Shown piece after piece: positions 18,867 to 26,940 of a DNA stretch of 48,249 nucleotides. The first letter of the stretch is position 1, and each line of letters opens with the position of its first letter. A model generated the notes under the pieces. It was not told the origin of the DNA and made no database searches. It saw nothing but the letters and a program-made list of their open reading frames with translations. A program made the position numbers and the translations under genes. Source of the stretch: a virus; UHGV virus genome UHGV-0268419; one strand, written 5' to 3'.

Positions 18867-19197
18867 GGATACCACCTAACACCCGAAATTAACCCTTTCA
18901 TATCAGCTACTTGCAATCGTCAGGTATTGAGCATTTTTAACCGGCCACCTGAGTTAATCATTGCGATTCAATAACTTAGTATTTTCACCGTTCGAAGCGC
19001 GGCAGAACACCTCCGCCTGAGCTGTTGCCGGTACTGTATACGCGTTTTATGTGCTCAATTTGTGTACAGGTGTTCTGTGGATAACTTTTTTCCATCCGCT
19101 TGATTTGGCTGGGAAATATAATATTGATACGGGGGAGTCCCCCTCCGCATTGTTTACATACTGTATAAACACGCAAAAACCGCCATGATTTCAGGTG
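18867..19197. repeat. cluster of CCACCT(N)GAAAT iteron-like repeats, including the 22-mer ATACCACCTAACACCCGAAATT; candidate origin or regulatory region beside the rep gene
   Basis: Copies at 18867-18888 (+), 18949-18962 (+) and 19186-19197 (-), with degenerate CACCT/AGGTG copies at ~19008 and ~19063. A DnaA-box TGTGGATAA is at 19074-19082. A GGGGG-agt-CCCCC hairpin is at 19131-19143. Confidence 0.45.
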
Positions 19198-19211
19198 GAA
19201 AGTAATTGATA

Positions 19212-19240
19212 TTGACACGGTATTACCTGCCGTGAATAAT
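19212..19240 (+). promoter_or_regulatory. sigma70-type promoter for the rep operon
   Basis: TTGACA-17-AATAAT. Its leader GTCCGAACCAAAGCAGGAGG is homologous to the leaders at 34496 and 30844. Confidence 0.6.
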
Positions 19241-19265
19241 GTCCGAACCAAAGCAGGAGGAAACG

Positions 19266-20927
19266 ATGAACGAAGAGAACAAAAGGCCGATGACGCCCGA
19301 CGACTGGAAGGCGTTACTGGGCGATCAGGAGAAACAGCACGAAGCGGCGGACATCCTCAACCAGCCAATGACCCGCGAGGAAGAGGACGAAGCCTATTCG
19401 CAGGAAATGGCCGACATGCAGGCTTACTTCGACCAGGTAGCACGTGCTGAGGTGGAGGAGCGTGAACAGGCGGGAGAAGTAGCGCCACCTGTTCCACCTG
19501 AACCACCTAAGCCGAAGAAGAAAGACGCCGGTCAGCGCCACCTTGAGCTGCAACGCATCGTTCGCGAGGAAAATGAAAAGCAGAATCTCGGGATGGACTT
19601 ATCCGCCCAGCGCGTTGAGGTGGCAAAGCGCCTCGCCGAAGAGGTTGAGCAGGGGTTGGTGGAAGATCCCGCGCTGAAAGATTACGACCCTGGCGAGTAT
19701 GTGCTGAACACCTCGCCGGACTTCTACGACCCGGTGATCGAAGGTCTGCTGAACCGCCGCACCATCAACGAGATCAACGGTGATGCAGGCGCAGGGAAAA
19801 CGACGCTGCTGGTGCAAATGGCGGTCAGCCTCGCCATGGGTCGCCCGCTGTTCAACTGCTTCCGCGTGTGTAACCCCGGCGTCAGCGTGTTCTTCACCGA
19901 AGACCCGGACAGCGTTGAGTTGCAGGTGGCCGCCTGGTCGCTGCGCACCGGCGTCAATCTCCGTGACTGGATCAAGGTGTTCAAGCGGCCGGCCGACCTG
20001 ATGGAGCCAGGAAAGTTGCGCATCCAGAAGAGCCGCGTGTTGCAGTTCGCCAACGGCAGGCCGGTGAATCTGGTCATCTTCGACAGCAAAATGTTCCACC
20101 TGGCGGCGGCCAACAATAACGGCGTGAGCATGGACGAAAACAGCAACACCGACCAGCAGCTGATCACCACTGCCGGGCACCGGTTCGCTGAGTCCCTCAA
20201 CTGCGCAGGGATCTTCATCCCGCACGTAAGCAAGGGAAGCCTGATGTCCGGCCAGTATGATCTTGAGTCTCGTGGCGGATCCGCAGCGAAGGGCGCGGTG
20301 TATAAAACGTTCAGCCTGGTGCGCGAGAAGACACAGACCGGCAAGGGATTGAACGCCCGCCAGAAGGAGACAGGCTACACTGTCCTGAACGTCGGCAAGA
20401 GCCGCCAGGGCGGGTTGAAGGGGCGCTTTAAGCTCAAAGGCTTTCAGGTGCCGGTGTTCGCGAAGGACGTTGAGGCGAAGAAAAAAAGCACGTATGAGAA
20501 GAAACTTGCCCCAGGGCAGGAGGTCGATCGGCCAGACTTCATCTACATCGACGACGCGACGAAGGTCTGGCTGTTCGAAGACCGCGTTTACGATATGGAC
20601 GCCGGAACGGATGAGGAGCACTTTGAACCGGATGAGAAGCGCCAGGCGCACGTGTACACGCCATTGCAGGAGGCCGTGTATTCGCTGCTGAGGGCGGAGC
20701 CGCACGGAACCGCGCCATACAAGGAGATCCTGCACCGTATAAGCTCCACGGTGTTTAAGGCTGACGGGACGCCGTATTCCCGGGAGTCAGTGCGCGACGC
20801 AATTTACAAAATGGCTGAGCTGGGGCACCTGAGCAAAGAGTCTAACCCACACGAAGCCCGTAACCCTTACTACACGATCAAAGATGCCGTTCCCCCGCTG
20901 ATGGGTAGCTGCCGTGATAACCACTGA
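19266..20927 (+). CDS. replication ATPase / helicase (AAA_25 RepA-like RecA-fold) with a C-terminal winged-helix domain
   Basis: Walker A NGDAGAGKTTLL, Walker B-like LVIFDS, and a C-terminal wH. The start was moved to the ATG with the AGGAGGAAACG RBS because the annotated 19239 ATG lies inside the -10. Confidence 0.75.
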   Translation: MNEENKRPMTPDDWKALLGDQEKQHEAADILNQPMTREEEDEAYSQEMADMQAYFDQVARAEVEEREQAGEVAPPVPPEPPKPKKKDAGQRHLELQRIVREENEKQNLGMDLSAQRVEVAKRLAEEVEQGLVEDPALKDYDPGEYVLNTSPDFYDPVIEGLLNRRTINEINGDAGAGKTTLLVQMAVSLAMGRPLFNCFRVCNPGVSVFFTEDPDSVELQVAAWSLRTGVNLRDWIKVFKRPADLMEPGKLRIQKSRVLQFANGRPVNLVIFDSKMFHLAAANNNGVSMDENSNTDQQLITTAGHRFAESLNCAGIFIPHVSKGSLMSGQYDLESRGGSAAKGAVYKTFSLVREKTQTGKGLNARQKETGYTVLNVGKSRQGGLKGRFKLKGFQVPVFAKDVEAKKKSTYEKKLAPGQEVDRPDFIYIDDATKVWLFEDRVYDMDAGTDEEHFEPDEKRQAHVYTPLQEAVYSLLRAEPHGTAPYKEILHRISSTVFKADGTPYSRESVRDAIYKMAELGHLSKESNPHEARNPYYTIKDAVPPLMGSCRDNH

Positions 20928-20937
20928 GGAAAACAAC

Positions 20938-21150
20938 ATGAGCCTGATTTGCCACGTTACAAGCATCCCCGCGCTTCTCGCTAAAGCGGGCAGCATGCGC
21001 AAGCTGACCACCAAGACCGGCCTGAACACCATGACCATTCTGAAATTCAGGGACGATTACAACTGCGAGCGTCACGCGATCATTAACGGCAGACTGATGA
21101 CCTGGCGCGAGACATCGTCCGCAGATTTCAAAGAATTCATTAAGGAGTAG
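20938..21150 (+). CDS. hypothetical small protein
   Basis: 70 aa with a GAGGAAAA RBS, translationally coupled to rep. Confidence 0.45.
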   Translation: MSLICHVTSIPALLAKAGSMRKLTTKTGLNTMTILKFRDDYNCERHAIINGRLMTWRETSSADFKEFIKE

Positions 21151-21153
21151 TGT

Positions 21154-21185
21154 AAGCACTATTGACATGATGCGGCCCCTATAAT
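21154..21185 (+). promoter_or_regulatory. sigma70-type promoter
   Basis: TTGACA-17-TATATT upstream of 21237. Confidence 0.55.
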
Positions 21186-21236
21186 ATATTTATCGAACAG
21201 GCAGTAACTAACCGATAAATCACAAGGGGTCGCAAA

Positions 21237-21896
21237 ATGTCTAAGTCAGCTATCAAATATCTTACCGCCGCTAACGAAATTCTCGCCGCGCTGGATCTGA
21301 CCATCGGCAATCCGGCAAGCTGGATGACCAACGAGCAAGCCCGCGGCCAGTTCAAGAACGCCGACCTGCTGGCCTGCCTGCTCATCGACTCCGCAGCGAA
21401 CGCGCTGATCTGCGAAAACGTCGACACCCTTGACGATACGATGTACGACGATATGCAGCAGGCTGTAGAAGGTTACATCTCCGCTAACCTCGACGACTGG
21501 AACCAGGCAGAGTGGAAAGCTAACGCCAGTCTGTGCGACGTGAAAGCGCTGCTGGCTAAACTGCTGGACGCCGTTGAAGGCCAGCGCGCCTACGCAGCCC
21601 GCCAGGAAGCACACGCCGAAGCGCTGGTAGTTAATGGCATCGTTGACCGCGCTGTTCAGTGTTCCCGCCACTACTCTCACAACGGCTACCTGATGCACAT
21701 CGGCGTGCAGCGTGCCGTTGACCACGTCCGTAGCGAGCTGCTGGTTCTTGAGCGTTACCCGGCCCGCTTCATCGTCAAGATGATGGTTAGCGTTCGCCGT
21801 CTCGCAAAACTGGCGCAGGAGCAGGCCCAAAAGGAATACCTTGAGATGATGGCCCGCCCGCGGGTGACGGGGATCGATAGCGAACTGCCTTTCTGA
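21237..21896 (+). CDS. hypothetical protein (219 aa)
   Basis: RBS AAGGGG; acidic and helical. Confidence 0.55.
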   Translation: MSKSAIKYLTAANEILAALDLTIGNPASWMTNEQARGQFKNADLLACLLIDSAANALICENVDTLDDTMYDDMQQAVEGYISANLDDWNQAEWKANASLCDVKALLAKLLDAVEGQRAYAARQEAHAEALVVNGIVDRAVQCSRHYSHNGYLMHIGVQRAVDHVRSELLVLERYPARFIVKMMVSVRRLAKLAQEQAQKEYLEMMARPRVTGIDSELPF

Positions 21897-21905
21897 TAAG
21901 TATTG

Positions 21906-21952
21906 TTGACCATATGCGTGTGGGTGTATATATTGCTTATACACCCAACGAA
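21906..21952 (+). promoter_or_regulatory. promoter overlapped by a 9-bp inverted repeat (candidate operator)
   Basis: TTGACC-N17-TATATT, with GGGTGTATA-tattgct-TATACACCC spanning the -10. Confidence 0.5.
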
Positions 21953-21966
21953 ATGAGGAAAACGAA

Positions 21967-22203
21967 ATGACAACTGCACAGACCGTAGCCGCAAAATTCA
22001 GCAAAATGAACATGACCGCAGTAGCCGCGTTGGAAGTCATCCTCAACGCTACCCTGCCAGAAGTGTCGAAAGTATCTATTCACCACTGTGAGATCACGTT
22101 CAAAGATGGCTCGCTGGTTATCCTCCACGATACCATCAACGCGCGCTCCATCGGTCTGACCAACTATGACTACGCAATCCACGCCCAGGACGCTGCGTTC
22201 TAA
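21967..22203 (+). CDS. hypothetical protein (78 aa)
   Basis: RBS GAGGAAAACGAA. Confidence 0.5.
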   Translation: MTTAQTVAAKFSKMNMTAVAALEVILNATLPEVSKVSIHHCEITFKDGSLVILHDTINARSIGLTNYDYAIHAQDAAF

Positions 22204-22242
22204 CCCAACCGGCCCCTTCGGGGGCCACAACCGGAGGAGCCT

Positions 22243-22560
22243 ATGAGTAAATGCGTCACCGTCGTCGTTAATGGCGCTGAGGTCGCTTTCTTCCCTTACC
22301 ACGACCAACCGTCGTTCATTCGCGCAGACGAAGCCGCCAACAAGTTCATGAAGGGCATTGATGGCGCATGGAAGGGGATCGTCTACCCAAGAGTTCGCGT
22401 CACCGCTGCCAGCGGGATCGTCTATGAGGCGTCTTTGTGTCACGTTGACATTGACGACAGCTCAGGCGAAGAACGGATGTTTTCTTTCTGGTACATACCA
22501 GCGCTAAAACGCTGCAAATATGCGGCGATCATTCCTGAAACCGTAGAATATATCTCATAA
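22243..22560 (+). CDS. hypothetical protein (105 aa)
   Basis: RBS GGAGGAG. Preceded by a GGCCCC-ttcg-GGGGCC hairpin. Confidence 0.5.
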   Translation: MSKCVTVVVNGAEVAFFPYHDQPSFIRADEAANKFMKGIDGAWKGIVYPRVRVTAASGIVYEASLCHVDIDDSSGEERMFSFWYIPALKRCKYAAIIPETVEYIS

Positions 22561-22572
22561 CAGGAGGAAATT

Positions 22573-22899
22573 ATGGACGGACGTAAAAGACCACCGCTGT
22601 CAATGACGTTCAAGTTTTGGGACGGCCGACAGCGCAAGCATGAAGGGGCGGGTAGCGCCTCCATGTGCGTGCGGGCAATCATGCGCGAGATGACTGCCCG
22701 ACAGCGCGTCTCCCTGCTGCTGTCGCTGAACAGCTATCACCATGCGCTCGCATCCGCTGAGGGTGAGCCTATGCCTCTGAATCTGACGTTCTCGCAGTGG
22801 GTCAACGCTGATGAAGACCGCAAGATCACCATGAAGTGCGATCTGACCCGCTCCATCGCTTACGCTGCATGGCTGGCTGCCGGGGGTCGCCCGGAGTGA
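22573..22899 (+). CDS. hypothetical protein (108 aa)
   Basis: RBS AGGAGGAAA. Confidence 0.5.
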   Translation: MDGRKRPPLSMTFKFWDGRQRKHEGAGSASMCVRAIMREMTARQRVSLLLSLNSYHHALASAEGEPMPLNLTFSQWVNADEDRKITMKCDLTRSIAYAAWLAAGGRPE

Positions 22900-23099
22900 A
22901 GCTGCGTATCAGACAGCGGGCCGTATTAAAGCGGCTTGCTGTCTCAGAATGGCGCGCAGGAGACTGGGTCTATGACAGCAAGTCCCATACCGTCACTGCG
23001 CTGAACGGACTTGTCAGCCGCGGGCTGGCAAAGTGGAACATAACTACCGGGGCGTGCGAGATCACGCCCGCAGGCCGCGAGGAGGCCCGAAATGATTGA
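22896..23099 (+). CDS. hypothetical protein (~67 aa; GTG start overlapping the upstream stop)
   Basis: GAGTGA overlap (GTG/TGA coupling) with a GGGGG upstream. The alternative ATG at 22836 lies in the same frame. Confidence 0.35.
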   Translation: MKLRIRQRAVLKRLAVSEWRAGDWVYDSKSHTVTALNGLVSRGLAKWNITTGACEITPAGREEARND

Positions 23100-23424
23100 C
23101 CAGATGAAGAAGATCACCAACCGTGACGAAGCCCGCGAGCTTGGTGCTCATATCTGCGCCATGCTCATGCACGGCGCGCAGTTCGCTGTACTGGAAGCCG
23201 TCAACGACAAGACAAAGGAGACGACCTACCGCGTCGTCGTCGAGTTCGGGCGCGTGCGCTGCATCGCCTACGGGCACAACCGCTTCAAAGCGTCTTACAC
23301 CGACTCAAAGAACCACGTCACCGAGATCGACGCAAAGACCGCCGCCGGGGCGTTGAAGTCGCTCCGCGTTGAGTTGCTGACGATCGCCACCGTTTACACT
23401 CACGGCGCTGGAATCATTCTATAG
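23092..23424 (+). CDS. hypothetical protein (110 aa)
   Basis: RBS GGAGG. Confidence 0.5.
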   Translation: MIDQMKKITNRDEARELGAHICAMLMHGAQFAVLEAVNDKTKETTYRVVVEFGRVRCIAYGHNRFKASYTDSKNHVTEIDAKTAAGALKSLRVELLTIATVYTHGAGIIL

Positions 23425-23426
23425 TG

Positions 23427-23458
23427 TTGACACGGGAGATTATCCCGTACTAATATGC
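23427..23458 (+). promoter_or_regulatory. sigma70-type promoter with a CGGGA-gatta-TCCCG dyad in the spacer
   Basis: TTGACAcgggagattatcccgTACTAATAT. Confidence 0.5.
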
Positions 23459-23498
23459 AGATCCCGGCAGGGTGCCGGGACTAACAGGAGAGAGAATC

Positions 23499-23729
23499 AT
23501 GAGCGTGTTAATTATTTGGTGTGTCATGGCTGTGCTGGTGGGTATCGCTGCCGATCGTCGCGGACGCAGTGGCCTTGGTTGGTCGCTGCTGGCGCTGCTG
23601 ATATCTCCGCTGCTGGCGATCCTGTTTCTGCTGGTGATGCGTAACATCGCCGCCGAAGAAGAGCGCCGCCGCATAGAAGAGCGTCGCCACATTGAAACCA
23701 TCGCCGCCATCCGTGGGAACAAGGAGTAA
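23499..23729 (+). CDS. small membrane protein (2 TM, charged C-terminal tail)
   Basis: MSVLIIWCVMAVLVGIAA...LLALLISPLLAILFLLV, followed by EEERRRIEERR. RBS GGAGAGAG. Has its own promoter. Confidence 0.5.
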   Translation: MSVLIIWCVMAVLVGIAADRRGRSGLGWSLLALLISPLLAILFLLVMRNIAAEEERRRIEERRHIETIAAIRGNKE

Positions 23730-23732
23730 TCG

Positions 23733-24095
23733 ATGAAACGCATTACCGCCATCGACATCGCCGCAGCCGCCGTGCTGGGCTGCTCATACGTCGGGGACGC
23801 CAGCGCCGTTAGCTGCGCTGTAGGCATCAAGAACATCAATATCCAGCGCGACCTGGGTGTATACGACCGCCTGCCGGATAACGCGCAGATGGATAAGGTC
23901 ATGAAGGACGCCTGCAAGCTGGGTGAGCGCTACCGTAAGGGTAACGTGTCCGAACCGATGTTCGACGTCACCCGCAGCGCAGTGATGAAGGCCATTGCCA
24001 ACAACAAGGCAGATGATGAGGCGAAGGCGCAGGTCATCGCGGTCGTGTCCGACCTGATGGACGTTGGCTACTACGGCGAGGTGAAAGCACGATGA
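23733..24095 (+). CDS. putative lipoprotein (120 aa)
   Basis: N-terminal MKRITAIDIAAAAVLGC resembles a lipobox-like signal. RBS AAGGAG. Confidence 0.45.
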   Translation: MKRITAIDIAAAAVLGCSYVGDASAVSCAVGIKNINIQRDLGVYDRLPDNAQMDKVMKDACKLGERYRKGNVSEPMFDVTRSAVMKAIANNKADDEAKAQVIAVVSDLMDVGYYGEVKAR

Positions 24096-24376
24096 GCAAG
24101 ATCCCGGTATTCCCCACTAAGCTCGTGGAAGTCGCCGACGTGAAGCCCGGGCAATGGGTTTGGCACTATGGCCGGTTTGTCCGCGCTGAGTTCATCGACC
24201 GCCCGCAAGTTCGCTGGGACGACGTCGGGACACTGAAAGGATTCTGGCGTCGCATGCACTACAGCGACATCGACCAGTGCAGCACCCTGATCCACCGCTT
24301 CGGCCTGAGCTTCCTACGGGCGGGAAACATGGTTATGACCCCCGACTTCATCAACGTAGAGGATTTTTGCAAATGA
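24092..24376 (+). CDS. hypothetical protein (94 aa)
   Basis: ATGA overlap; RBS GAGGTG. Confidence 0.5.
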   Translation: MSKIPVFPTKLVEVADVKPGQWVWHYGRFVRAEFIDRPQVRWDDVGTLKGFWRRMHYSDIDQCSTLIHRFGLSFLRAGNMVMTPDFINVEDFCK

Positions 24377-24759
24377 AACAGAAAGAGCCAGTATTCGAAC
24401 AATTCTTGCCGTCAGTCTGGTCTTTGGGCGACACCCCGGACATTGAGCACGGGCATGAAATGGAGTTTTGGGTGGTGGTGCGTCTGCGTAACAACTGCCG
24501 CCTGATCCGCCGCTTCTGGTACGTTAATTTCGACGAATGCGGGTACACCGATGAACAACTGGCGTGCTGGGACGGCCGCACCGATGAAGGCGGCGAACCG
24601 TTCTTCTTCGTCGGCTGGTGCCAGGAAGGCATTCACCCGGAGTTCAGTTCATTCTACCAGCCGCTCGACCGTAACCGCGATTTCAGGATCGAGGCCTATG
24701 CACCAGTGACCTACCCGCGCGTTCCGTGCTTTGGGGATGATTATGAAGCTGATCACTAA
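24373..24759 (+). CDS. hypothetical protein (128 aa)
   Basis: Starts at MKQKEP; the upstream ORF-track extension was rejected. Confidence 0.45.
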   Translation: MKQKEPVFEQFLPSVWSLGDTPDIEHGHEMEFWVVVRLRNNCRLIRRFWYVNFDECGYTDEQLACWDGRTDEGGEPFFFVGWCQEGIHPEFSSFYQPLDRNRDFRIEAYAPVTYPRVPCFGDDYEADH

Positions 24760-24979
24760 CGGGCTGTTTAAGGTATTCAACTATAACGGCATGGTCATAA
24801 CCGTGCCGCGCTGGGCGAATTGGGTGGCGGTGGATATGGATGGCGCGCTATATGCCTACGACATAGAGCCGTTCGTGAATCACCGTTCTGAATTTTGGAG
24901 TTCAGAAGGGGTGCCTGTTCTGCTAGGCTACGTCGATCTCGAAAGCGCCGACTGGCGCAAAACACTAATGCAATGCTGA
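24743..24979 (+). CDS. hypothetical protein (78 aa)
   Basis: Starts at MKLITNG with a GGGGATGA upstream. Confidence 0.4.
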   Translation: MKLITNGLFKVFNYNGMVITVPRWANWVAVDMDGALYAYDIEPFVNHRSEFWSSEGVPVLLGYVDLESADWRKTLMQC

Positions 24980-24983
24980 GGAA

Positions 24984-25679
24984 ATGAACATGACCACCAA
25001 GAAGAAAAAAACAACTGACGTTACCGACCGCTTCACTGCTGGTGACATCCTGCGCTTCTGGTACGAAGTGGATGAAGGCAACGAGCCTCTGCGCGGCAGC
25101 AACATTCCGGGCCGCAACTCGCTGGTGACGTTCATCGGCTACGGTGAGCTTTCCGGGCAGGAAACCATCATCGCCCGCTGGCATTGCCTGGTGGAGCACG
25201 GTGAATACTCAGTCCCTAACGTGATCGAGTTCCCAACCAACTTCTTCCGTCACCACGGCGTAGCTGATGAGTCGGCGCTAACTCACGACAACATCGCGAC
25301 ACTGAACCGCGATTGTGCTCGCACGGATGGAACCGCGATCTACATGGTCGCCAAAAAGGCGGACGCCCCTGAGAGCGCCTCAGCGCCTCTTGACGCCGCC
25401 CAGGTTCTTGAGAAGGTAAAGGGCCACCTTGAGGAGCGCGGTCGCCGCTACGGCGCGGAGAACGGCAAAGAGCGCCAGTTCGACCGCGTAGCTGACGCAT
25501 TCAATATCGTGCGTTCGTCTGCGAACCGCCAGAACATGCCGCTGACTGGCCTGGACGTGGTGACGCTACAATCCATTTTAAAGATCTGCCGCGCTCAGAC
25601 TGACGACAACACCGACTCGTTCGAAGACCTCGCTGGGTACGCGGCTATCGGCGCTGAGGTCGTGGGAGGGATGAAGTGA
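24984..25679 (+). CDS. hypothetical protein (231 aa)
   Basis: RBS GAGGAA. A possible nucleotide-binding or phosphohydrolase-like C-terminal helical domain is not assignable from sequence alone. Confidence 0.5.
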   Translation: MNMTTKKKKTTDVTDRFTAGDILRFWYEVDEGNEPLRGSNIPGRNSLVTFIGYGELSGQETIIARWHCLVEHGEYSVPNVIEFPTNFFRHHGVADESALTHDNIATLNRDCARTDGTAIYMVAKKADAPESASAPLDAAQVLEKVKGHLEERGRRYGAENGKERQFDRVADAFNIVRSSANRQNMPLTGLDVVTLQSILKICRAQTDDNTDSFEDLAGYAAIGAEVVGGMK

Positions 25680-25915
25680 TCCACGATCTTAAAATCCTCC
25701 CGGTTCACTTCCACGCTGTTAAGTTCGGGAAGAAGCGCGCGGAATTACGCAAGGCTGATCGTCACTTTGCTGTAGGCGATACGCTCAACCTCCGCGAATG
25801 GACTGAGAAAGACTCTTACTCAGGAAGAGTGGTTGACGCCAGGATCACGCACGTCTGCGACGTCGGCGAATACGCGCCCGGGTATGTGATGTTAAGTTTC
25901 TTTTTGCTGCAATAA
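25676..25915 (+). CDS. ASCH / DUF3850-like small protein
   Basis: 79 aa with a GTG start after GGGAGGG. The ILPVHFHAVKFGKKRAELRKADR...GDTLNLRE pattern is typical of ASCH-fold phage proteins. Confidence 0.5.
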   Translation: MIHDLKILPVHFHAVKFGKKRAELRKADRHFAVGDTLNLREWTEKDSYSGRVVDARITHVCDVGEYAPGYVMLSFFLLQ

Positions 25916-25920
25916 ATAAC

Positions 25921-25946
25921 AAGGGGCCAAATGGCCCCCTGTTTTT
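25921..25946. terminator. bidirectional intrinsic terminator between convergent operons
   Basis: GGGGCC-aaat-GGCCCC with TTTTTT on the plus strand and an A-run upstream. Confidence 0.7.
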
Positions 25947-26443
25947 TACACCTTCGCGTTCCGGCCAACGGCCTCAGCATCCCGCCAGTTCATCCCCTTC
26001 GCCAGCGCCTGCCGCGCCAGTGCCCGGCGAACCAGCCCGGGAATGATCTTGCCGCCCTGCTTGCGGAAGAACTCCAGCTGAACGATCAGCTCATCCCAGC
26101 GACCTTGCGTCACCAGGTCGTCGAAGTCTCCCGCCTTCTTGTCCGGCTTGATTGGCTCTTCACCGGCATTGATGACCAGATCAACCAGTGCGTCGAAGAT
26201 GGGTTGCGTGATGGACTTGTGCGCCCACTCGTTCACCTTCTTCTCAGCATAGGCGACGTCTTCACGCAGGATCGCCAGCGCGGCTTCTCGCGTGATGTTG
26301 ATGCGTGGAGGGTTGCGGCCAGTGTGCCCGAAGCCCCAGGTGTAGATCCCGCGACGGCGCTCGTCTTCGGTGGCGAAGTAAGGCGCGCTGCGGAATTTCT
26401 CCCATGCTGCTGTAAATTGCAGCCCGTTGTCACTCATCCTCAT
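25946..26443 (-). CDS. endolysin (GH24 T4-lysozyme-like)
   Basis: Catalytic E/D/T pattern (EDERRRGIYTWGFGHTG); ATGA overlap with Rz. Confidence 0.8.
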   Translation of the reverse strand: MRMSDNGLQFTAAWEKFRSAPYFATEDERRRGIYTWGFGHTGRNPPRINITREAALAILREDVAYAEKKVNEWAHKSITQPIFDALVDLVINAGEEPIKPDKKAGDFDDLVTQGRWDELIVQLEFFRKQGGKIIPGLVRRALARQALAKGMNWRDAEAVGRNAKV

Positions 26444-26741
26444 TTGTTACTCCTTGTTGCTTGCAATAGTCGGTTGTACTGGGTGTTGCAGCGCTGCCCG
26501 GCGATGTAGTATCGATCAGCTTCTGCTGCCAGTTCGTTACCCGCTTGCACTGACTGATAGAACAGCTCGGCGAGCAGATCGGCGAGCGTTCCGGCATCAC
26601 TGCTAACGCCGACAGCGGAGGCGCGTTGTTTTGCGATGGCAGTGGCTGAGTTGAGTTGCTGGCGCAGCCTGTCAGCAGCATAAGCAGCACTAGCAGCGTC
26701 AGCGCGTGCTTGGTCAATCCGGCGAGTCGTGTCGCGATCAT
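26430..26741 (-). CDS. o-spanin (Rz1-like lipoprotein) embedded in and overlapping the Rz gene
   Basis: MIATRLAGLTKHALTLLVLLMLLTGC lipobox, Pro-rich mature part, extends 10 nt past the Rz stop. Confidence 0.6.
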   Translation of the reverse strand: MIATRLAGLTKHALTLLVLLMLLTGCASNSTQPLPSQNNAPPLSALAVMPERSPICSPSCSISQCKRVTNWQQKLIDTTSPGSAATPSTTDYCKQQGVTNEDE

Positions 26742-26940
26742 CTTGGTCTTTCTCCCTCTGGCGCATTTCGGCCAGATCACGGTCAATTTTGTTTCTGCGT
26801 TCAGCCTCCTTGTTAATCCCAGCTGTAACGCCGCTTTCATAACGGCTTTCGCCGTACCTGGTCAGTGCATAACTGCCGCCCTGCCATAGCAAAAAGGCGG
26901 CAAGTGCCGCCAGCAGGTAAATTTTAAGGTTGCCGATCAT
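26440..26940 (-). CDS. i-spanin (Rz-like)
   Basis: N-terminal TM (IYLLAALAAFLLW), a charged coiled-coil periplasmic domain, and an embedded Rz1 in the +1 frame. Confidence 0.75.
   Translation of the reverse strand: MIGNLKIYLLAALAAFLLWQGGSYALTRYGESRYESGVTAGINKEAERRNKIDRDLAEMRQREKDQDDRDTTRRIDQARADAASAAYAADRLRQQLNSATAIAKQRASAVGVSSDAGTLADLLAELFYQSVQAGNELAAEADRYYIAGQRCNTQYNRLLQATRSNK

Noticed and set aside
19239-19265. Upstream ATG (MSEPKQEET) as the rep start
   Set aside because: That ATG lies inside the -10 hexamer of the TTGACA-17-AATAAT promoter. The downstream ATG has a perfect AGGAGG RBS.
19599-20735. 378-aa and 206-aa minus-strand ORFs antisense to the rep gene
   Set aside because: They are antisense within a strongly supported Walker-motif gene, with a Leu/Arg/His-rich composition and no RBS.
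21246-22443. 266-aa and 168-aa minus-strand ORFs across the early plus-strand genes
   Set aside because: They are antisense to several RBS-supported plus-strand genes and run opposite to the local promoters.
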